Source of the DNA: Neoechinorhynchus agilis | Lineage: Eukaryota; Animalia; Acanthocephala | Reading direction: 5' to 3' | Assembly: GCA_051530055.1 (NCBI GenBank) | Contig: CM121342.1 | Span: 5,021,489 to 5,085,488 of the forward strand | Length of the DNA stretch: 64,000 nucleotides | Shown: one piece after another, positions 49,482-59,659 of the stretch | How the letters are laid out: each line of letters opens with the position of its first letter | How positions within the stretch are numbered: the first letter of the stretch is position 1 | Made by a program: the position numbers and the translations under genes | Notes under the pieces: generated by a model | Told to the model about the DNA's origin: nothing | The model's input: only the letters and a program-made list of their open reading frames with translations | The model's database searches: none

Positions 49482-49942
49482 ATGTTAAGATTTAATCCCG
49501 TTCCGACGATGGTCCACTCGGGAGGAATCAACCATCGAAACAAAATAGGCACAATAAACCATCAGAAACGTTCAATGAAGACGGTTTCGTGGGTTCCGTT
49601 GTACAAAAATTTGAAAAAAAAGAGAGAAATCAGAGTCAATCAACTAAAACGCATTTTGCCGAAACCAAAACCATCCAACCAATGAAAAAACCCCAAACGT
49701 TTTCGAATCCTTCAGAACTTGCAAGCGAACCGTTGAACCCGAACTGTGATGTATCTTCGTTACGAATGACGTTGAAGTGAAATGAAAGAAAGAACGGATC
49801 CGAGATGGTGCTTTTAATGGCATTCTTCTTGTCATCTGTACCAAGTTCATCGGTGTTCATTGAAGAAATCGTGCCAAAGCCAACCACTAAGCCTTTCTCG
49901 GACTATCTCGGGCCTCCTGTCGGCGAATACACTCGTTTTTGA
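49482..49942 (+). CDS. Putative small gene whose last exon (...FIEEIVPKPTTKPFSDYLGPPVGEYTRF*) seeds the downstream array
   Basis: One frame is open from about 49494 to 49777 and again from 49781 to 49939. A GTATCT...GAAAG intron could bypass the TGA at 49778. AATAAA at 50040. The start needs a frameshift or an unseen exon. Confidence 0.35.
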
Positions 49943-52900
49943 TCCGATAAAACTTACCTCTGAATCGACAAGTTCTGATCTGGCAACAACCCGATTCCTC
50001 GAGTCAAATCACCTGATATTTACCTTGTGGCTTCCAACGAATAAATCCTTGTTGTTGTTGTTGTTGTTGATTTCAAGCTTCTGCTGATGCCTTATCGGTG
50101 GTAGTGTTCTTTTATTGAAGAAATTGTGCCAAAGCCAACCACTAAACCTTTCTCGGACTATCTCGGGCCTCCCGTGGGCGCCTACACTCGTTTTTGATCC
50201 GACAAAACTTACCTCTGAATCGACAAGTTCTGATCTGGGAACAACCCGATTCCTCGAGTCAAATCACCTGATATTTACCTTGTGGCCTCCAACGAATAAA
50301 TCCTTGTTGTTGTTGTTGTTGTTGATTTCAAGCTTCTGCTGATGCCTTATCGGTGGTAGTGTTCTTTTATTGAAGAAATTGTGCCAAAGCCAACCACTAA
50401 ACCTTTCTCGGACTATCTCGGGCCTCCCGTGGGCGCCTACACTCGTTTTTGATCCGACAAAACTTACCTCTGAATCGACAAGTTCTGATCTGGGAACAAC
50501 CCGATTCCTCGAGTCAAATCACCTGATATTTACCTTGTGGCCTCCAACGAATAAATCCTTGTTGTTGTTGTTGTTGTTGATTTCAAGCTTCTGCTGATGC
50601 CTTATCGGTGGTATTCTTTTATTGAAGAAATTGTGCCAAAGCCAACCACTAAACCTTTCTCGGACTATCTCGGGCCTCCCGTGGGCGCCTACACTCGTTT
50701 TTGATCCGACAAAACTTACCTCTGAATCGACAAGTTCTGATCTGGGAACAACCCGATTCCTCGAGTCAAATCACCTGATATTTACCTTGTGGCCTCCAAC
50801 GAATAAATCCTTGTTGTTGTTGTTGTTGTTGTTGATTTCAAGCTTCTGCTGATGCCTTATCGGTGGTAGTGTTCTTTTATTGAAGAAATTGTGCCAAAGC
50901 CAACCACTAAACCTTTCTCGGACTATCTCGGGCCTCCCGTGGGCGCCTACACTCGTTTTTGATCCGACAAAACTTACCTCTGAATCGACAAGTTCTGATC
51001 TGGGAACAACCCGATTCCTCGAGTCAAATCACCTGATATTTACCTTGTGGCCTCCAACGAATAAATCCTTGTTGTTGTTGTTGTTGTTGTTGATTTCAAG
51101 CTTCTGCTGATGCCTTATCGGTGGTATTCTTTTATTGAAGAAATTGTGCCAAAGCCAACCACTAAACCTTTCTCGGACTATCTCGGGCCTCCCGTGGGCG
51201 CCTACACTCGTTTTTGATCCGACAAAACTTACCTCTGAATCGACAAGTTCTGATCTGGGAACAACCCGATTCCTCGAGTCAAATCACCTGATATTTACCT
51301 TGTGGCTTCCAACGAATAAATCCTTGTTGTTGTTGTTGTTGTTGATTTCAAGCTTCTGCTGATGCCTTATCGGTGGTAGTGTTCTTTTATTGAAGAAATT
51401 GTGCCAAAGCCAACCACTAAACCTTTCTCGGACTATCTCGGGCCTCCCGTGGGCGCCTACACTCGTTTTTGATCCGATAAAACTTACCTCTGAATCGACA
51501 AGTTCTGATCTGGGAACAACCCGATTCCTCGAGTCAAATCACCTGATATTTACCTTGTGGCCTCCAACGAATAAATCCTTGTTGTTGTTGTTGATTTCAA
51601 GCTTCTGCTGATGCCTTATCGGTGGTATTCTTTTATTGAAGAAATTGTGCCAAAGCCAACAACTAAACCTTTCTCGGACTATCTCGGGCCTCCCGTGGGC
51701 GCCTACACTCGTTTTTGATCCGACAAAACTTACCTCTGAATCGACAAGTTCTGATCTGGGAACAACCCGATTCCTCGAGTCAAATCACCTGATATTTACC
51801 TTGTGGCCTCCAACGAATAAATCCTTGTTGTTGTTGTTGTTGATTTCAAGCTTCTGCTGATGCCTTATCGGTGGTATTCTTTTATTGAAGAAATTGTGCC
51901 AAAGCCAACCACTAAACCTTTCTCGGACTATCTCGGGCCTCCCGTGGGCGCCTACACTCGTTTTTGATCCGACAAAACTTACCTCTGAATCGACAAGTTC
52001 TGATCTGGGAACAACCCGATTCCTCGAGTCAAATCACCTGATATTTACCTTGTGGCTTCCAACGAATAAATCCTTGTTGTTGTTGTTGTTGTTGATTTCA
52101 AGCTTCTGCTGATGCCTTATCGGTGGTAGTGTTCTTTTATTGAAGAAATTGTGCCAAAGCCAACCACTAAACCTTTCTCGGACTATCTCGGGCCTCCCGT
52201 GGGCGCCTACACTCGTTTTTGATCCGACAAAACTTACCTCTGAATCGACAAGTTCTGATCTGGGAACAACCCGATTCCTCGAGTCAAATCACCTGATATT
52301 TACCTTGTGGCTTCCAACGAATAAATCCTTGTTGTTGTTGTTGTTGATTTCAAGCTTCTGCTGATGCCTTATCGGTGGTATTCTTTTATTGAAGAAATTG
52401 TGCCAAAGCCAACCACTAAACCTTTCTCGGACTATCTCGGGCCTCCCGTGGGCGCCTACACTCGTTTTTGATCCGATAAAACTTACCTCTGAATCGACAA
52501 GTTCTGATCTGGGAACAACCCGATTCCTCGAGTCAAATCACCTGATATTTACCTTGTGGCCTCCAACGAATAAATCCTTGTTGTTGTTGTTGTTGTTGAT
52601 TTCAAGCTTCTGCTGATGCCTTATCGGTGGTAGTGTTCTTTTATTGAAGAAATTGTGCCAAAGCCAACCACTAAACCTTTCTCGGACTATCTCGGGCCTC
52701 CCGTGGGCGCCTACACTCGTTTTTGATCCGATAAAACTTACCTCTGAATCGACAAGTTCTGATCTGGGTACAACCCGATTCCTCGAGTCAAATCACCTGA
52801 TATTTACCTTGTGGCTTCCAACGAATAAATCCTTGTTGTTGTTGTTGTTGATTTCAAGCTTCTGCTGATGGATCTTCTTCAGCGATTGCTTGTAAGTTTT

Positions 52901-53062
52901 TAAATATTCGAGAAAAACTTACAAGCGATCGCTGAAGAATATCCGAGATAGTGGATCGAAATATCCAATAAAATCTTAATTTCATTTTCTCCTATCAACA
53001 AATAAATCCTTGTTGTTGATTTTAAGCTTCTGCTGATGCCTTATCGGTGGAAGTGTTCTTTT
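49857..53062. repeat. Tandem array of 12 x 246-258-bp units plus a partial unit, each with a (GTT)n tract
   Basis: Unit spacings of 255, 255, 252, 258, 255, 255, 246, 249, 255, 249 and 255 bp, all multiples of 3. Confidence 0.97.
52870..52944. other. Near-perfect hairpin (27-bp arms, 11-nt loop) interrupting the last array unit
   Basis: TTCTTCAGCGATTGCTTGTAAGTTTTT (52875-52901) versus AAAAACTTACAAGCGATCGCTGAAGAA (52913-52939), one mismatch. Confidence 0.9.
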
Positions 53063-53180
53063 TCCTCGTCCATTGGCGAGATTGCCCCATGAAGTGGATT
53101 TCGATAATTGTAGATTATTTTTTCGTGAGACGGTTGAATAAAGAATTTTTTTATTTCAAGTAAAATGCTTATCATTTTGG

Positions 53181-54728
53181 TCATTCTGAAGTCACGCATT
53201 GAACATCATTGAGTAAGTCAACGCTAATCTTCTCTAGGAGATAGAAAAGTCTTTTCTTGACAATCTCGTGAACGTTCACTATATCCGAAGCCAAATTAAG
53301 AGCAAGGAGTTTCCGTTGTTTTTTAGACAGGACCATTGTATAGAACGCCTTAACTTGGTCGAGATTATCTTCCTTGTCCAAGTACCGTTGACAATGAACA
53401 TTAAGAAATTCATGATGTGGGCGATGAATGGTTTTCATTTGTCCATAATTTGGTCCATGGAAAGAGTTGGGTGTATAAGCGGGAGTCCCTCCATTTCCAT
53501 ACAAACACATTTGTCCTCCTCGACTAAGACTGGAGACTTTGCTTATACTGCGATTACAAGGAAGCTGATTAAAGTTTACTCCAACTCGGTATCGTTGAGC
53601 GTCCGGATGAGCCAATATTCGTGCCTGAAGGATTTTATCCGGACTTGGTTCGATGCCTGGAATTAAATTTCCAGGACTATAGCACAATTGTTCTACTTCT
53701 GTGTGGTTGTTGGCCACTACACGATTTAGAGTCAGTGTGCCGATCTTTCGCAAGGGGCACTGGGCGTGAGGCCAAACTCGAGTACAATCGAATGGATCGA
53801 AGCCAAGTACATTGATGTCATTGTTGAGCAATTGAACGCTTAGATCGAACGTTGGGAATCGCCCTGCACAGATCGAATTGAACAGTTCTTTAACGTAGTA
53901 CTTTGGACATTGGGATTCCATGTTCATAGCTACGCTTTGCTCGTCCATGAATCTCGTCCCCTTAGAGGCACTACTCCATTTGAATCGACAATAACAAGAT
54001 TGCCCTGAATGGTTCAACATTTTGAACGTATTAACTGAATAGTAGTCTGAGTGTTGGTATCCGAGAGGAAGCCCTCGTTGTGTGTAGAGCATACAAATCA
54101 AATGCAGTGATTCAGGCCTCGAAACTATGAAATCCCATTTCATATTTGGATCATAAAGGCCCGTAACGGGGTTTCGTCCTTGAGATCGGCATAAACTCAC
54201 AAAATCCAACGGATCCTTGATGTAAAACACCGGTAAACTAGATGCAACGAGGTCCCACACCCCACATTCGGTGAAGAACTTTACGGACATCCCAAGAAGG
54301 TCGCGCTTAGTGTCCGGAAATCCTTGTTCACCGTGAAAATGAGAAAATCTCACGGTTACTGGAGTAGTGACCGTTGTTTGAAACAAACTTGCCTTTGTGA
54401 ACTCGAAACACGAACTATCTGTGCATTCAAAGTATCCATAAGCGCCGGCACCTCTAGCGAAACACACTCGCGGTATCGGTTTTTCTCGGTTAAAGTTAGC
54501 CAATCTCTCAATGAGAACGGAGTCCTGAAGCAGGATCTGACCAAAGGGGGAAGCTGTTAAACTGGCCGTCAGTTCTTGCAATGGGCATCCTGTGTCGGAC
54601 GTGAGTATACTTTCTTGATGGCTGATTCTGTAAGCTTGAAGTTGGTTATGATGCATCTGTCGGTGATTAGGAACGTTCAATGCACTTGGCTGCTCACTCT
54701 CTAAAGCCTCTTCGTCCACCATCATCAC
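53181..54728 (-). CDS. Catalase-fold protein with substituted catalytic residues, intronless, 515 aa
   Basis: Colinear with monofunctional heme catalases: ARGAGAYGYF, VRFS, SVKFFTECGVWDL, DPNMKWDF, RPESLH, FDPFDCTRVWPH, EVEQLCYSPGNLIPGIEPSPDKILQAR. Confidence 0.92.
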   Translation of the reverse strand: MMMVDEEALESEQPSALNVPNHRQMHHNQLQAYRISHQESILTSDTGCPLQELTASLTASPFGQILLQDSVLIERLANFNREKPIPRVCFARGAGAYGYFECTDSSCFEFTKASLFQTTVTTPVTVRFSHFHGEQGFPDTKRDLLGMSVKFFTECGVWDLVASSLPVFYIKDPLDFVSLCRSQGRNPVTGLYDPNMKWDFIVSRPESLHLICMLYTQRGLPLGYQHSDYYSVNTFKMLNHSGQSCYCRFKWSSASKGTRFMDEQSVAMNMESQCPKYYVKELFNSICAGRFPTFDLSVQLLNNDINVLGFDPFDCTRVWPHAQCPLRKIGTLTLNRVVANNHTEVEQLCYSPGNLIPGIEPSPDKILQARILAHPDAQRYRVGVNFNQLPCNRSISKVSSLSRGGQMCLYGNGGTPAYTPNSFHGPNYGQMKTIHRPHHEFLNVHCQRYLDKEDNLDQVKAFYTMVLSKKQRKLLALNLASDIVNVHEIVKKRLFYLLEKISVDLLNDVQCVTSE

Positions 54729-55099
54729 CTATAGAGATTAAACGTGTAAACACATTCTGGTTCTAGAGAATAGTTACTATAGTGACGATCAAAATCGATT
54801 TCAAATCACGTTTTTATTGATCTTTTTTTGAAGCTGAATTCAAGTGCGTATACCGTTTTCCGGTTGATGTTATTCTTTTCCCCCCCCAAGCAATTAATCT
54901 GGAGCTGTCATGGTTCTCGAGTTATACGTTGCCTCGAAGGCATTAAATCAAAAGAAACCATTGAACGTTTTTGTGAGGTTGTTATGCTGCCTAGAATCTC
55001 AAAAAGTAAGAAGCCGGCATTTGAACGATCTAAAAATTCGCATTCGGACAAACAAGACGTAAAGTCGCGGTTTTTGTGTTTTGAACAAACGCAAATAAG

Positions 55100-56673
55100 T
55101 TAACGCTGGTGTATTTTCCACAATTTGATTGAGCAATCATCAGAACAGGATACAAGAAACTCACAATTGATTGGATTGAACGCAACAGAATTTACATCTG
55201 CACTATGGGCTCTCTCTTCCTTCTCGACCTCCTCGAGCTCAACCTTTGTGTTCAATTTGAGCAAACGAATTGAATCATCACCACAACCGCATGCAATAAA
55301 GTCAGTCTTGTTGTTCCTACAGGACACCAATGATCTCAGATTTAAAAACAAACATTTACCAGCTCACACTGTAAATTGGTAATTCAGTGTTAAGATTCAG
55401 TTGTGAAGACATTATCCACGTCGTGTGGTTCGCAGTGCACCAGATTATGATGGAGCAGTCACTAGAACTCGAAGCAAGTTTGTCTCCATTGGCATTAAAA
55501 GCAATGGACCAAACAGTCGAAGTATGGCCATCTACCAAAATTATTGATACATATCGGAAAAATTTAAATAGAACAAAAGATTGGAAGTATTGTTTCATGT
55601 GATGAATAGTTTTTTTTTGTGAACTAAAGACGTTCTGTGAACCTCGTGTCATATTCATCATCATCATCAGTTTGTTAGTAATAGACGATCAAAAACTAAA
55701 AAAAACTGATGATGAATAAGACACGAAGTTTGCAGAACGTCTTTAGTTCACAAAAAAAGTTATTCACCACATGAAAACTTCTTCTAAACAATAAGTCTAA
55801 CATATATAAGCCGGGCGGTGGAACCTCTTCTCTCATATCGACATTTTGATAGAACAAAAGGAATTTCAATATTGCGAGTGTTGAATATGCTAACAAGTTA
55901 CATCTTTACCTAATTGATTAAAACAAAACCAGCTATCGCCATCATCCTTATACAACCGGATTGAGCAATCATAACTGCATGAAGCGAGAATATCTTCAGT
56001 AGGTGACCAAACAACGTCCTTGACATCTTGGCTGTGACCTTGTAGAACTTCGCACAGTTCATATTCATCATCCATTACTACAAACGAGATGGATAAAGAG
56101 TTTGTTTGTGAGACTTACCCTGCCAAATCCAGACGGTTTTGTCACGACTGCAAGTAGCAATATACTCACCGCTACGAGACCATGCGATACTTTTAGGAAC
56201 ATCATCGTTCTATCTTTCACGAGTAATTTAAAGAAATGTAGGTTTTTCAAGCGGTAAATCAAAAACTACCGACGATGTGAGCAACAACAATAAAGAACGG
56301 AGATGTTGTTTAACCTCGTTATTGTGACCATCAAGTTGTCCCACTTCGTCGTAATCTGTTCCATCTTCGTTGAGTTTCCAAACGACGGCAGATGAATCGA
56401 AACTACAGGTAGCCAACCGGCGACCACACCACGACCAACGAACACGCCTGATAGTGCGTGAGTGGCTACTTTCCAGTTTGAATTGGCACTCACATAGAGA
56501 TCGTTCAACTAAACAGGTTAAATGTTGCCTCAAAGATATAACTCACAATCGCAGGACCATATCTTGACACACCGATCGCTTGAACATGATGCAAACATTC
56601 GACCATTGGGATGCCAGTCAATGGACCAAATGGTCTGATCGTGGCCATCATTGATTATGAATTCACATTTCAT
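55100..56673 (-). CDS. CIAO1: Cytosolic Fe-S assembly WD40 protein Cia1, multi-exon
   Basis: [67 protein letters not shown] and [13 protein letters not shown] match CIAO1 repeats. Confidence 0.92.
55580..55848. mobile_element. Foldback MITE of the 281-bp family inside a CIAO1 intron, with a 12-bp flanking direct repeat
   Basis: TTTTTTGTGAACTAAAGACGTTCTG versus CAGAACGTCTTTAGTTCACAAAAAA. ATAGAACAAAAG at 55568-55579 and 55849-55860. Ends in CATATCGACATTTTG. Confidence 0.85.
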
Positions 56674-58078
56674 TCTAAAAACCTCGGTTCATTCAAAATG
56701 GCCATATCGACTTCTATGGCGCTGTCAGACTAGAATGCTGTGGATATTTGGGAGAAATTCGAGCGTCAGAGTCGCTAGTGATGAGTTTGTTATTTCCTTT
56801 TCTTTTGGAAAAGAGTATTCAATTTCTTGCAGTTTCCAGTTAATGATTTCTGTGTTTTTATTCATCGAAAGACAATCCTTCGAAACGGTAGAGGAGCTAA
56901 AAAGATGTGACTCATTTTCAAAAGATTAAATGTACCGAGTAATGTTTTCCATAAGTGCGTCTAAATTAAAATACATAAAATGAGGGGATTATGATTACAC
57001 GACATCCATCAAAGGTAATGTTTTCGTCTTAGTTGTAAAAAAAGAAGTTGTTCATGGTATATTTTTGATTTATTAATTCCCAATCGTTCGCCGGACATCG
57101 AAAAAAAGTCTGACGAGACGGAGGAACGATTGGGAATTAATCTCTATATCACCAAACAAAATTTAAATGTGTGAGTGAATAGATGATTACCATTTTCATA
57201 GATGTTCCGGTTACCAATGTTGGAGACATTGGGTCCAAAAATGCGCCAACAACAAAATCACCTGCCATTACTACTCAATTAATCATTGCAGCAACAATTG
57301 ACAGAAAAAACTTCGAATTGCGGCCAACAAGAGCGTAACGCTTTTGCTAAAAACTGCCCGGAATTAGCAAAGGCAGCTTAAGAAAGCAAACAGTCGAGTT
57401 TTTTCCCGGAATTTTCAAAACTCCGTGGAAAGATATCCGTGGTTAATAACGCTATAAAAGGTGACTTGGTTACAACTCCAAGGCATCAATGTTTCTGGTA
57501 AAGGAATGATGGTTCATTCTAATCCAATTAGTACAACAATAGAAACTTTCATGAAGAACTAAGGCTGCAACCATGGAGTCAACTGTCATCTTCATGAAAC
57601 CAAAACGATTTGCTCAACTCAATAAACAAAGATTTTGGTTAATCAGCGCCTAAGTCTGAAGCGATGGTCGTTAAACCGCCTTTGGCCTTAGCTGGACTTT
57701 TTGCTCGTTCCCCAGGCTTGGAACGCTTCCGAGCTATTCGTTTCTCCTAAAACCCGGCTTGGTATCGAGTCCCTAACTTTCTTTCTCGATGATCGGACTT
57801 GATGTAACTTCTTGTCGGCCAGCAGCTCCGGTGGCTAGACAGCTACTGATAGTAGCCTGTCAACGCGGGGTCGATGTGCCGCTCCACTTGGTGATGCGGC
57901 AGCGAACGGGAGCAACAAAATCCACCAGTGCAACGGGAAAAAGCGAGGGCGTCGTTGCTCTCGCCGACGACTTGAGCGTCGAAATGAGCGAAGCTGTCGC
58001 AGGAGGCAAGGTACGGACTGTTCAGGTGGCGCTGACAGCCGTGAGTCCTTTGGCCCAGCTATTTCAAATAGAAGAGGA

Positions 58079-59545
58079 CTACGAATCGGATCCTTGAATT
58101 GTAGGAGTCTGCGAGCGCAATGGCGTAGGGGAACCCTGGCCAAATTGGCAAGGGACGCCAGAATGGATATTGTGTTTTTACAAGAATTGCGAATAAGAGG
58201 CCAGTCAGACACAGACGTAAATCAGGAGGATTTAGGAGGAGGCTGGTCATTGTGTTACCTATCTACGGACGAGGAAATGGAGGTGTAGGCGTTTGTTTAT
58301 CACCCCGCCTCCGAAACTCAGCACTATGCAGTATTATAACTGACCGAATCCTTCGTGTCAGCATTAAGCTTCGGTCGAGAAATCTCTATGCTTTTGGCGT
58401 ACAGTCACCGACCTCCTCGTCGGATGAAGAGGCGGTTGAAGGATTTTATGGAAATCTAGCCGAAGCATTAGATGATGTACCGAACAGAGACACCCTCCTA
58501 ATAGCCGGTCCGCATTCCAAAAGATCGCTATATGTGTTGAAAGGCGAGAATCGGAACAGCCGGTTGAGGCGCTGGAGCGGCACGATCTCGTGTCTGCTAA
58601 CACTTTATTCCGGAAGCGTCCGTGGCGTTTGGCGACGTTTATGGGTCAAAAGTATCCGTCCAAACATGCCATGGGAAAAACTCCCAAGAGACGCTTAGCT
58701 CAGCTTGACAATATATTGTTGAGACGTAGGGAAAAATGTCGGGTCAAAAACGCTGACACATTCACAGTTGATGGGCTGTTAGCCGACCACAAGTTGGTGA
58801 TGTGTCAGTTGAGCACGAGTGACTCGTTGTTCCGTACGCCTCAACATCCTCCACGTCCGTTATATGGCGCCCTCGCTAATGAGGAGGAAAGAGTTCGATA
58901 TCGAACTAGAGAATCAACTGAGCTCGATGCCAGCTGCTGAAACGGATATTGATTTTTACTACAAGTCAATCTGCGACGCAGTGACCGAAGCGGCCGAAAA
59001 AACCCTCCCAGCAATGAGGCGTATAAAAGCTGCAAAGGTTATATGTCAGGAGGACTGTGAATTTATGGCAATGGCTGAGCAGATCGAAACTCTAAGAAAA
59101 AGAGGAAAACGATCTGAGGCTCGCATTGCAAGTCTTGAACTTGCCAACCTCTTCGATAGAGGATGCAGTTCGCGGGATCGCATATAAGGAAGGGGAAGAT
59201 CCCAGAGACAGCCAACTTTGATTGAAGGTCCCTCCCCGGAAATCAGAAATAAGAGAATCGCAAATTATTTTGCGGAAATTCTCAATTCGCCATTATCGTC
59301 TTTGGAAGTGAGTCCTGCACTTCCAAAAGGCACAATCGTCCCAAGCACCGAGCCATACTTCACAAGACCGATTTCGGTGAAGGAAGCGATCATCAGGCCC
59401 AGATGGGATAATGGCAGAGGTGCTGGGGTTTGAATCTATTGCCAGAAAAATCATACCGATAATGAATGGCATAATGAATGGTGGCTCAGTACCTCAAATC
59501 TGGCAAACGGCGCATTTAACAATGATCCCATCGAGATCTCAAAAT
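58079..59545 (+). mobile_element. Degenerate LINE (RTE-like) ORF2 fragment: APE endonuclease and linker, truncated before the RT core
   Basis: LRIGSLNCRSL, DIVFLQELR, GVGVCLS, DRILRV, FYGNLAEALDDVP, QLDNIL and ADHKLV across several frames. Confidence 0.8.
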
Positions 59546-59659
59546 CTATGCAGAATGCGGTGGAAAGTTTGGCGCATTTCAACCATAAAGCCGAGGTTGG
59601 TTCTGTCGGCCTCATCAATCCTGGTTATAGCTCGGATTCCATTTTGGAAACCGTTGAAT

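Noticed and set aside
49945-49985. 255-bp array as spliced-leader RNA genes (AG|GTAAGT in a small stem, 22-nt exon)
   Set aside because: No Sm-site consensus was found downstream, there is no likeness to SL sequences I know, and the codon-like variation argues for coding sequence. Not fully excluded without 5' cDNA data.
49860-52868. The listed 73-76 aa + strand ORFs (MKKLCQSQ...LLLLLISSFC), including a tempting C-TGA-C selenocysteine motif
   Set aside because: They start at TTG, the poly-Leu is just the (GTT)n tract, and differences between copies are mostly non-synonymous in this frame while synonymous in the EEIVPK frame.
54828-55103. 91-aa + strand ORF between the catalase-like gene and CIAO1
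   Set aside because: It has a TTG start, no motif, and overlaps the expected CIAO1 3' UTR.
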